NCBI GenBank assembly: GCA_002952755.1
Contig: CP025011.1
Coordinates: 1 to 32,000, forward strand
DNA length: 32,000 bases
From: Candidatus Saccharimonadota bacterium
Lineage (GTDB): Bacteria; Patescibacteriota; Saccharimonadia; Saccharimonadales; UBA4665
Direction of reading: 5' to 3'
The stretch's first letter is position 1. Each line of letters opens with the position of its first letter. The notes under the pieces were generated by a model, which ran no database searches, was not told where the DNA came from, and saw nothing but the letters and a program-made list of their open reading frames with translations. A program made the translations under genes and the position numbers. Positions 15,590-23,540 of this stretch are shown here, one piece after another.

Positions 15590-15636
15590 CATTTCGCGCA
15601 GGTCGGCGAAAGTCGATCTGACTGCAGTATGCTAGA
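15590..15636 (-). repeat. Arm-less diverged copy of the family-B core (copy BX)
   Basis: The + strand CATTTCGCGCAGGTCGGCGAAAGTCGATCTGACTGCAGTATGCTAGA aligns without gaps to the B2 + strand core (33/47 identical). The inner helix CAGGTCGGC-GAAA-GTCGATCTG is retained. No flanking inverted arms were found. It ends 1 nt before the stop codon at 15638-15640. Confidence 0.65.
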
Positions 15637-15637
15637 T

Positions 15638-16597
15638 TCAATCCCAGTACTTTTGGTATTCAAGGGTAGCAAGAATGCCAGCGGTGTCCGTCGGCAGTGA
15701 CGGATCACCTCCCAGCCCAACGTATCGTTCAAATAGTTGTCTTCGTATCTGTATACTGGTTGCCTTCGCTCGGAATCTTATGCGCTGTTCTTGCGCGAGC
15801 ATTTTCCCTAATGCTTGAATATTACTATGTAAGCAGTACCTTTCATTGTCATTAGCGGCTAAGTGATCGAAAAAGCCAAATCCCTTATCGCTATCGTATG
15901 TTGTGTTAGTGCCATTATCGTCAAGCAAGACCCCTGCTCTCGCTATAGTATCAACATCGTGAATTCCTTGCAGTAAATGGCCGTCGGTGATTTTGGCTCT
16001 CTCTTTCATTCCTAGGGAATCAATCTTTTTACCCGATACAAAAGAACTGACAATTGCCCCGCCATAGTTAGCGGCTACGGCCTTCTCGGAATTGGCGACA
16101 GGAATGTCTTTGAGTAGTCTTATCCTTTCTTCGACAAACTCTACTTTGTCAGCAAGCGTAAGTTTTGGTGGGCGCAGACCAGCATAGCGGTATTCCTGAT
16201 CCTTCTGGGGTATTTTTAATATGGCTCTGTCCCCCTCGGGCGTATGTATAGTAAACGCTCTAGAATGAAACCCTGATCGTCGACGCCCCAAAGGGCCGAT
16301 TGGCATAGCTTGGACAACTGGCAGAGACGCGAATCGTGCCACAGTACGATATCTTTCGAACGATTCCTGCAATCTGACACGGGTTTCGATATGCTCAGCG
16401 ACATGGTCTTGGGGTAACCATCCTTCAAGGGGCAGCCGCCTAACTGCTGTCTCTTGATGGGCGGTTTGTATGGCTTGATCTGGCTTAATGGCTGTGCTGG
16501 TAGCGAGAATACCGGCTAATTCCAGGCCGTGCTCGTATCGCGTATCTGTACTATAGTCGGCGAGGATGGCTGCGGCTTCGAATCTCGAATAAGGCAT
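15638..16597 (-). CDS. Hypothetical protein, possibly with a protein-kinase-like fold
   Basis: 319 aa. Kinase-like landmarks in order: RAILKIPQK (beta3-Lys-like), VLLDDNGTN (catalytic-loop-like D..N), GFGFFDH (DFG-like Asp). It is on the opposite strand to its neighbours and looks lower in GC on spot counts. The functional call is weak. Confidence 0.5.
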   Translation of the reverse strand: MPYSRFEAAAILADYSTDTRYEHGLELAGILATSTAIKPDQAIQTAHQETAVRRLPLEGWLPQDHVAEHIETRVRLQESFERYRTVARFASLPVVQAMPIGPLGRRRSGFHSRAFTIHTPEGDRAILKIPQKDQEYRYAGLRPPKLTLADKVEFVEERIRLLKDIPVANSEKAVAANYGGAIVSSFVSGKKIDSLGMKERAKITDGHLLQGIHDVDTIARAGVLLDDNGTNTTYDSDKGFGFFDHLAANDNERYCLHSNIQALGKMLAQEQRIRFRAKATSIQIRRQLFERYVGLGGDPSLPTDTAGILATLEYQKYWD

Positions 16598-16717
16598 AAT
16601 TTAATTAAGTATACAGAATGCGTCTAGCCCTTAGAAAAGCCCTATCTTAAAGGTCGCCGATTTTGGTTGGTGCTTATTCTCGCTCCGCGCGACATCTTTT
16701 GTTAGAATGAGCGTGAC

Positions 16718-17854
16718 ATGGTAGTTATTTTTTACGGAACAAGTGCCGAACTCATTAAATTGCTCGGCATAACCTGGCGCGTACCTCGATCCGAGTTGTT
16801 ACTCATCTGTACGGCACAGCACCATGAGGGCCTACAAAAATCTCATCCTCAATTTGGTATCGAGCCAGATGTGTATCTTTCTCATGGTTGGAGAGGCAAG
16901 GATGTCGCCAATATGAAGCAGGTGCTGGGTATGATGCTCGTTGCCCATGGCAATTTTGCCAAACAGTTTTTTGCCATCAAGAAAGAGATCAAAGCGCATG
17001 ATAAAAAGATGGGTACTCAGAGCATTGCTGTAGTGCACGGTGATACGCTTTCGACAGTGGCGGGATCATATCTCGGCCGTGCGCTTGGCCTTAGGATTGC
17101 CCATGTAGAGGCGGGCTTACGCAGCGGCACCTGGAAGAACCCGTTTCCGGAGGAGATGGATAGGCGTATTGCTGCCAAATTTGCCCGAGTGCACTTTGCC
17201 CCCAATCAGACAGCCGCCGATAACCTCACGCGCGAACAGGTGAAGGGCGAGGTGATTAATACGACCTTCAATACGGCAAAGGATGCTATCGAAAAGTCGG
17301 CCGACTTCGTAAGTGAGGAGTTTAAGCGCCTCAAACTGCCTAAGAAGTATTGTTTAGTCTTGCTTCACCGGACGGAGCTGCTAGAGAATAAAGCAGACTT
17401 TGGAGCTATTTTACAGGTAATTCATCAACACGCCTCTGCTCATACGCCCGTAGTCTTCACCATGCACACTACAACCCAGGAGAAGATAGATGTCTACGGC
17501 TTCGGCCACTATCTTAAAAAAGACGGCCTGCAGGTTATTCCAAAGCAACCCTACTTTGATTTTATGGCCATTGTCTCGCGCGCCGACTACATCGTGACCG
17601 ACGGTGGCGGCTTACAGGAAGACGCTTTCTTTTTTGGTATTCCCACCATGGTGCATAGGCTTACTACCGAACGCGAAGAGGGGTTGGGCCTTAACGCCGA
17701 TATCTCGCGCATGGATGTCCAAAAGACAGCTGATTTTTTGGAGCATCACCGAGATAAAAAGGAATTTGCCAAGCTCAGCAAACACTTCTCGCCTTCGCAA
17801 GTAGTGGTGGACTACTTTGCGGAACACCATTACGTCGCACTCGATGCAAAATAA
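16718..17854 (+). CDS. wecB: UDP-N-acetylglucosamine 2-epimerase family protein (divergent)
   Basis: 378 aa with the motif VVHGDTLST...AHVEAGLRSGTWKNPFPEEMDRRIAAKFARVHFAPN, characteristic of the Epimerase_2 family. Confidence 0.82.
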   Translation: MVVIFYGTSAELIKLLGITWRVPRSELLLICTAQHHEGLQKSHPQFGIEPDVYLSHGWRGKDVANMKQVLGMMLVAHGNFAKQFFAIKKEIKAHDKKMGTQSIAVVHGDTLSTVAGSYLGRALGLRIAHVEAGLRSGTWKNPFPEEMDRRIAAKFARVHFAPNQTAADNLTREQVKGEVINTTFNTAKDAIEKSADFVSEEFKRLKLPKKYCLVLLHRTELLENKADFGAILQVIHQHASAHTPVVFTMHTTTQEKIDVYGFGHYLKKDGLQVIPKQPYFDFMAIVSRADYIVTDGGGLQEDAFFFGIPTMVHRLTTEREEGLGLNADISRMDVQKTADFLEHHRDKKEFAKLSKHFSPSQVVVDYFAEHHYVALDAK

Positions 17855-17886
17855 AAAGAATGATGTCTGCAGCGACAACGGCTGCA

Positions 17887-18005
17887 GTGTTAGATTCTGA
17901 CATCCCTCCCTCTCATCAAGTAGAGCGTTTCACGCAGGCCGGCTTGCGCCGGTCTGGTTGCACTACGCTTGACTCTACTTGATGAGAGGGAGGGATGTCT
18001 AACAC
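17887..18005 (-). repeat. Nested hairpin repeat family B, copy B2 (opposite orientation): 25-bp + 8-bp arms with a 6-nt bulge around a 47-nt core
   Basis: 17901-17925 pairs perfectly with 17973-17997, and 17887-17894 pairs with 17998-18005. ttctga (17895-17900) is unpaired. The reverse complement of core 17926-17972 is TCAAGCGTAGTGCAACCAGACCGGCGCAAGCCGGCCTGCGTGAAACG. It lies between the convergent wecB-like stop (17854) and the GT2 stop (18008). Confidence 0.9.
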
Positions 18006-18007
18006 GC

Positions 18008-18973
18008 CTAGAGCTTGATGGTCTTACGAACGATGTAGAGTGGGCGGCGCTGACTTTCGCTTAATACGCGGGCCACATACATGCCGATGAGCCCTTGGGC
18101 AGATAGGATAGCTCCCACCAAGAAGGTAATCAGTACGCCTAGCATGGCAGTACCGGTAAAATGAATGTGCCAGGGATCGTTTAAGATGACTTGCTCGATT
18201 AAAATAAACCCACCAAGCACGAAGCTAATTGCCATAAAGAACAATCCAGTGTAGCCGGCAAAAAAGAGAGGCACGGCGCTTAAAGAAGTGAACGTGTCTA
18301 CAGCTAGTTGGACTAATTTTTTGAAGGTGTAGGTGGGAGTGCCGAATTGGCGGGGTTTGGCGTCGAATTCGATAAAATCGTGCCGGAATCCCAGCCAGTC
18401 GATAAGACCCCGAGTGATGCGGTTGTTCTCGGTGAGTTTATTGAATTCATCGGCTACTATACGATCAATAAGGCGGAAATCGGTAGATCTTGGTATAAGC
18501 TCCACACCTGTCAGTTTATTGAAGGCTGGATAGAAGAGTTTAGAACCGTATCGTTTTACAAAGCCTTCGCCTTGATTACTGGCGCGAATACCGATGACGA
18601 TCTCAGCGCCACCGCGCCATTTTTCGATAAAGTCAGGGATGAGTTCTACGGGGTACTGGCCATCGGCATCAAGGCTGATAAGTGCGTCTCCGGTAGCGGT
18701 TGCAATACCGGCACTGAGGGCGGCTTCTTTGCCAAAGTTGCGGGACAGATCGACAACCTGCACATTGCAGTTTTTGCCGCCAGATAGTTGCATAATCTTA
18801 GTGAGCGAATCGTCTTTACTGCCGTCGTTCACATAGATGACTTCAAACATGTACTGGGTAAGTTTGTAGAGTACCTTAAGTAGCTCGCTATGAAACCAGT
18901 CGATACTTTCGGTTTCGTTATATACGGGAACAATGATGCTAATGAGTGATATTGGTTTTGCCATGTCTCGCAT
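18008..18973 (-). CDS. Polyprenyl-phosphate glycosyltransferase, GT2 family (GtrB/ArnC/DPM1-like)
   Basis: 321 aa. Motifs IIVPVYNETESI, YVNDGSKDDS and DADGQYP, plus two C-terminal TM helices. It overlaps the 3' end of the upstream flippase gene. Confidence 0.85.
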   Translation of the reverse strand: MRDMAKPISLISIIVPVYNETESIDWFHSELLKVLYKLTQYMFEVIYVNDGSKDDSLTKIMQLSGGKNCNVQVVDLSRNFGKEAALSAGIATATGDALISLDADGQYPVELIPDFIEKWRGGAEIVIGIRASNQGEGFVKRYGSKLFYPAFNKLTGVELIPRSTDFRLIDRIVADEFNKLTENNRITRGLIDWLGFRHDFIEFDAKPRQFGTPTYTFKKLVQLAVDTFTSLSAVPLFFAGYTGLFFMAISFVLGGFILIEQVILNDPWHIHFTGTAMLGVLITFLVGAILSAQGLIGMYVARVLSESQRRPLYIVRKTIKL

Positions 18974-20231
18974 TTCCTAGTATTGATATCATAATAGCAG
19001 TAAACGCTGCAATAATCTGCGAAAGTATTGTTCCCTTCATGACTCCCCGGTTGTGTAGAAAGGCAAGGCCTATGCCAAACGTGGCAACTGCACAGAGAGC
19101 CGCGAGCGTCGTCTGGCGCAATTTATCGCGGCACAAATCAACGCCCAGCAAGATAAAGGCCAGGGCGAATAAAGCCGTGGCTACAGCCGATAGGCGTAGC
19201 AAATTAGTATATGAACCGGCTTGGATCCCGAGTAGCCCCTCGGTAAACACCTTGGGCCGCGGGATGAACATTAGCGCAAGAATGGTAGCGACGCCCATCG
19301 TCAGCTTAATAAAACGCCTCACCTGGGTATTGGCGGTTGACGTATTGGCAACGGCGAGGGGCAATGACAGCCACATCAGTGGGGTAGTGGCGTAGAGAAT
19401 GGTCTTCGCGATTGTCGCAACGGCTGCGTACTGTCCAGCTTCGTGCGGCGATAGCCAGAATTTAGAAATGACTACGTCGGCAGTCGAAAGAATGGTGAGC
19501 GCGCCGATGGCTACTAATGTAGTTACTGCTCGCCCCCGCTCAGCCCGCAAGTGCGTGAGTCTGCTCAAATAGAGCTGCATACTGCGGCGTGGCACTTTAG
19601 AATCTTGTATATTTGCTGAACCTGCCCGATCGACGATGTTAGCGACGATAACTATTACCAACATGCCGGCGCCGACACCGGCAATGGCGCCGCTGGTGCC
19701 GCCCCCGGCGAGCACAAATACGCTCGCCAGTAGTAGCTCACAGAATGAGGCGGACGCCCCCATAACGCCGGCGAGTGCGAAGCGTCCTTCTCCCTGGAGC
19801 CGCCCAATGGTAATCGTGAAGGGGATATTGACGAGTAAACTGAGCGACATAATGATAATCGGCAATACGCTATGAAAACCGAAGGAGCCGTGGCTAAAAC
19901 TCAGTACTGCCGAACCAACAGCGATAATCATCAGGATAACGGTACTCGCGGCAGTGTTGAGACCTTGTAAGGTACGGCTACGCAGATGCTCGTCCTGATA
20001 CTTTGCGGTGATAATAATCGACAACACATTGAGCACGACGTAGCCAACTGACAGCTGGGTAAGGAGCGAGATTAAAAACTGCACCTCGCCATACTCGCTG
20101 GTATTGACCAGGTGGGACATGACCGGGTAGTAGGCGTAATTCAGTAGTGAGGCCAGCCCAGAAAGCCCATAAAACAGGAGTGAACCTGAAAATATGCTGC
20201 GCAGTGGATTTTTACGTTCAATTTGTTTCAT
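18939..20231 (-). CDS. Polysaccharide flippase-like multi-TM protein (MOP/Wzx superfamily)
   Basis: About 430 aa and about 12-14 TM segments with no soluble domain. It sits between glycosyltransferase genes. The ATG at 20231 (MKQIERKNPL) is preferred over the TTG at 20288. Confidence 0.6.
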   Translation of the reverse strand: MKQIERKNPLRSIFSGSLLFYGLSGLASLLNYAYYPVMSHLVNTSEYGEVQFLISLLTQLSVGYVVLNVLSIIITAKYQDEHLRSRTLQGLNTAASTVILMIIAVGSAVLSFSHGSFGFHSVLPIIIMSLSLLVNIPFTITIGRLQGEGRFALAGVMGASASFCELLLASVFVLAGGGTSGAIAGVGAGMLVIVIVANIVDRAGSANIQDSKVPRRSMQLYLSRLTHLRAERGRAVTTLVAIGALTILSTADVVISKFWLSPHEAGQYAAVATIAKTILYATTPLMWLSLPLAVANTSTANTQVRRFIKLTMGVATILALMFIPRPKVFTEGLLGIQAGSYTNLLRLSAVATALFALAFILLGVDLCRDKLRQTTLAALCAVATFGIGLAFLHNRGVMKGTILSQIIAAFTAIMISILGNARHGKTNITH

Positions 20232-20297
20232 ATGTATCAGAAGACCGAACGATGGCCCGGGAGATCCTGCTATAATAGTAGCAACCAAAGGGGAGAT

Positions 20298-23200
20298 ATG
20301 CCAAAATCGTTAGCCATCTCTATTGTTATACCTGCTTATAACTCAGAGGGTTGGATTACAAAAACAGTCGAATATATCGACGCCGCGGTTGGACGTTCGC
20401 CGTTCACCGTGGAGGTTGTTATGATAAACGATGGCTCTACCGATAACACACTTGCGGAGATGCAGGCGCTCCAACCAAAGAGCAAGCGTCTGACCTATAA
20501 AATAGTAGATCTCGGTAAAAATAAAGGACGATATCTGGCTCGTAGGGCAGGGGTGGCCGCTGCCCAGCACGATTCGCTGCTTTTTATCGATTCCAGGGTG
20601 TTTATAGATAAAGACTCGCTGAAGTATTTGGCTAAAAAACTAGCTGACGATCCAAACCAGGTATGGAATGGTCACGTCCATGTGGCGAAAGAGGGCAATG
20701 TATTTGCCCGTTTTTGGGACGCGCTGGTGTGCATTGCCTGGCGGCGCTACTTTGCTCATCCACGGGAAGTGAGCTATGGCGTGGACGATTTTGATTATTA
20801 CCCAAAAGGTACCGGATTTTTCTTCGTCCCCAAGAAATTGCTAAAGCAGGCGATGTCTGTGTTTGAGAAGCGTGGCGGGGATTTGATGTTCTCGAGCGAC
20901 GATACACTGCTCATCCGTTATATAGCCTCCAAACAGCCAATCCATTTATCGCCTGACTTTTCGTGTGTGTATAACGGACGTTCCACGCTTAAACGCTTTT
21001 TGGTGCACGCTTATCACCGAGGGCAATTTTTTGTCGATGGTTTTTTCAGGCCAGGTAACCGGTTTTTTATGCCACTCCTGGGTGTGCTCGCCGTAAGTCT
21101 CGCTGGCCTCCTGGCGCTCTTGCTGTGGCCAGTTGCTATCCTGAAATTGCTGGTAGTTCTGCTGCTTATCGGAACAGTCGCACTGTTTGTCGGCGGCCTG
21201 GTGCTGCGCCTAACCTGGAAAGATGCAGCTTCGCTGGCTTGGTTAAGCCCGTTTTTTGGCGTCGTATACGGCGCGGGTATCTGGCGTGGTGTGGCACGGA
21301 AACTGCAGACCATGGGACTACGAGGCGTATGGAACTATGCTCGCCGATATCAGCCGGTGCTGAGCGGTACGATACTCGAATATGGGCTCGTCTTTCTGTT
21401 TTTCACACTCCTTACCTTTCTCTATACCGACAACATCGTTTTGCACATCAATCACCAGCTGTTTATTAACGGCCCAGGCGACGGTACGGCAGGTTTTTTG
21501 TGGCTTAATTACGCGGGTAATCACCTAAATCCACTTTCAGGCCATACCAACATTGTGAATTACCCGTACGGCGCACCGCTGGGGAGCCCGACGTATGTGG
21601 CATATACGGCGCTGCTTACACCTTTGTGGGTGCTGTCGCATATCTTTACGCCAATTGTTGCCCTCAACCTGGTGACCTTCTGGGGCTTCTTAAGCGGCGG
21701 ATTCGCCATGTATTGGCTTCTTAAGCGGCTGACACATAATGCACCAGTTTCGCTGCTGGCGGGATTTGCAGTGGCTTTCTCACCTTTCCATCTGGCGAAC
21801 TCCAGTATGCACCTCTCGTATATTTTTAGTATCGATTTTGTGCTTATTTTAGCTGCCTTTATCGGTTTGTGGCGTAAGCAAACCTGGAAGCGGGCGTTAT
21901 TGCTGGCGGCGACTGTAGCGCTAGCCTTCTATACTGATGCCTACTTTTTGCTGTTTGCCAGCTTGTTCCTGTTGACGCTTATTGGCGGCGGTCTGCTATC
22001 TGAGTTATTATTTTGGGATAAGCAGACACTGGCTAGCGTATGGCGCAAGGTGCGCTATTTGGCACTGGCATGTGCCTGTATTGGCGTGCTGGCGGCCCCC
22101 ATCGGTATCGTGCAGCTGACTGACAGCGGGCAGGTAAATAACACGCTGTCCCACGCACGGGGCGATATTGTTTCCGAGATTTCATACTATTCAGCACGGC
22201 CATTGGATTTTCTGCTGCCCCCGCTGTATCACCCGGTATTGCGTCACTCGCAAGAGTTTAATTTGTTACAAGCTTACAAGAATACGCGCTCTAATCCGGG
22301 CGAAAGTACGCTCTATATCGGGTACGCTATTATCTTGCTTTGCCTACTTGGTGTAGTGCTAACAACCGCGTATGTGATTCGGCGGCGCGGCCAGACCTTG
22401 AGTCGTTTGAGCACAGATGAGCGCAATCGATATTTGCTGATTGGATCGCTTTGTTTGGTTGCAGTGCCCATCCTGATAAGCTTTACGCTGCCGCTGCATG
22501 CGATGATTCATGGGCATCGCATTCCGCTGCCACCCGAGTTGTTTATAAAATATAATATTAGCTTCTGGCGGGTGTTGACGCGCTTATTCTTGCCTATTCA
22601 TGTGCTGTTGGTGCTTTTTGGAGCGATGTCGCTGAGTATACTTTTTAAAGCGACCAAGCCGTTCAAAGATGGCTCCATGGCGCGCACGCTCCAGCTGCAG
22701 TGGCTCGTAGCAGCGGTGCTTATCGGCGTGCTGGCGTTTGAATATGCCACCGGCTTTAACCGGCCAGCCTTTGATTTTAACCACATGCCTAAGGCCTATA
22801 GCTGGCTGGCACAGCAAAAAGATATCCCGGTAGTGGCAGAATTTCCCTTCATCGGGAAACCATGGGATCCGGCTGCATACGATGTAACCGCGCAGATGAT
22901 CCACCACAAGAAGCTGGTAAATTTGCAGCTACCAGAGCAAGATCCAAATATACACAATGGCCTAGTAGTGATTGATAATCCCGAAGCAGTTGATTATGTA
23001 GTGCTGCGCGGTGCGCAAGTCGGCATTACTCATGGCGAAAGATGCAATTTGACTTATCCATGGCTCACACTTATCTATAATGGGGAAAAAGACCCTGCCT
23101 ACGGGGACAAGCAATACTCACCGGTTTGTATCTATCGATTACACCGTGTTACGTCAGACAAACTATTTATCGATTTATATGGTGCATTTGCAAGTATGCC

Positions 23201-23540
23201 GACGATAAAGCAAAATAGCTACGCCGATCCCCTCTATGGAAATTATGCTGAAATGAAGGTTATAAACGACAGAGACGCCTTCGTAACCAAGCACACTCCC
23301 GCACGACTGACACTGACTCTGGGGACGGCACCGGCTATGAGCGCCTTCAAGGGGCACTGGCGCATATTGCAGGATAATATCGAATTAGCCAACGGTGAAA
23401 TTACAGGCGATCAGCCTGGGCAGGTTGACGTATCGATTGACGCTAGTAAGACGATCCAGATTCGAATTACAGATGTAGACGGCAATCCGCCGGCCGTGTA
23501 TCAGGTGGCAGCCAGCGACATTGTAGTTACTGCACTGTAA
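20298..23540 (+). CDS. Fusion protein: N-terminal GT2 glycosyltransferase, a large polytopic membrane domain (GT-C/YfhO-like?) and a C-terminal extracytoplasmic domain
   Basis: The start is at MPKSLAISIVIPAYN, with AAAGGGGAG upstream and TATAAT at 20271-20276. The GT2 motif is MINDGSTDNT. More than 12 hydrophobic segments follow, including a loop ...TDNIVLHINHQLFINGPGDGTAGF. The final ~300 aa (beyond the hydrophobic segment at ~810-830) are soluble. Confidence 0.75.
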   Translation: MPKSLAISIVIPAYNSEGWITKTVEYIDAAVGRSPFTVEVVMINDGSTDNTLAEMQALQPKSKRLTYKIVDLGKNKGRYLARRAGVAAAQHDSLLFIDSRVFIDKDSLKYLAKKLADDPNQVWNGHVHVAKEGNVFARFWDALVCIAWRRYFAHPREVSYGVDDFDYYPKGTGFFFVPKKLLKQAMSVFEKRGGDLMFSSDDTLLIRYIASKQPIHLSPDFSCVYNGRSTLKRFLVHAYHRGQFFVDGFFRPGNRFFMPLLGVLAVSLAGLLALLLWPVAILKLLVVLLLIGTVALFVGGLVLRLTWKDAASLAWLSPFFGVVYGAGIWRGVARKLQTMGLRGVWNYARRYQPVLSGTILEYGLVFLFFTLLTFLYTDNIVLHINHQLFINGPGDGTAGFLWLNYAGNHLNPLSGHTNIVNYPYGAPLGSPTYVAYTALLTPLWVLSHIFTPIVALNLVTFWGFLSGGFAMYWLLKRLTHNAPVSLLAGFAVAFSPFHLANSSMHLSYIFSIDFVLILAAFIGLWRKQTWKRALLLAATVALAFYTDAYFLLFASLFLLTLIGGGLLSELLFWDKQTLASVWRKVRYLALACACIGVLAAPIGIVQLTDSGQVNNTLSHARGDIVSEISYYSARPLDFLLPPLYHPVLRHSQEFNLLQAYKNTRSNPGESTLYIGYAIILLCLLGVVLTTAYVIRRRGQTLSRLSTDERNRYLLIGSLCLVAVPILISFTLPLHAMIHGHRIPLPPELFIKYNISFWRVLTRLFLPIHVLLVLFGAMSLSILFKATKPFKDGSMARTLQLQWLVAAVLIGVLAFEYATGFNRPAFDFNHMPKAYSWLAQQKDIPVVAEFPFIGKPWDPAAYDVTAQMIHHKKLVNLQLPEQDPNIHNGLVVIDNPEAVDYVVLRGAQVGITHGERCNLTYPWLTLIYNGEKDPAYGDKQYSPVCIYRLHRVTSDKLFIDLYGAFASMPTIKQNSYADPLYGNYAEMKVINDRDAFVTKHTPARLTLTLGTAPAMSAFKGHWRILQDNIELANGEITGDQPGQVDVSIDASKTIQIRITDVDGNPPAVYQVAASDIVVTAL

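Noticed and set aside
17926-18005. Hammerhead-like fragments in B2: GAAAC in the core and CTTGATGAG in the arm.
   Set aside because: The GATGAG lies in the copy-specific arm and is absent from B1 and B3. The order and spacing do not form a hammerhead three-way junction.
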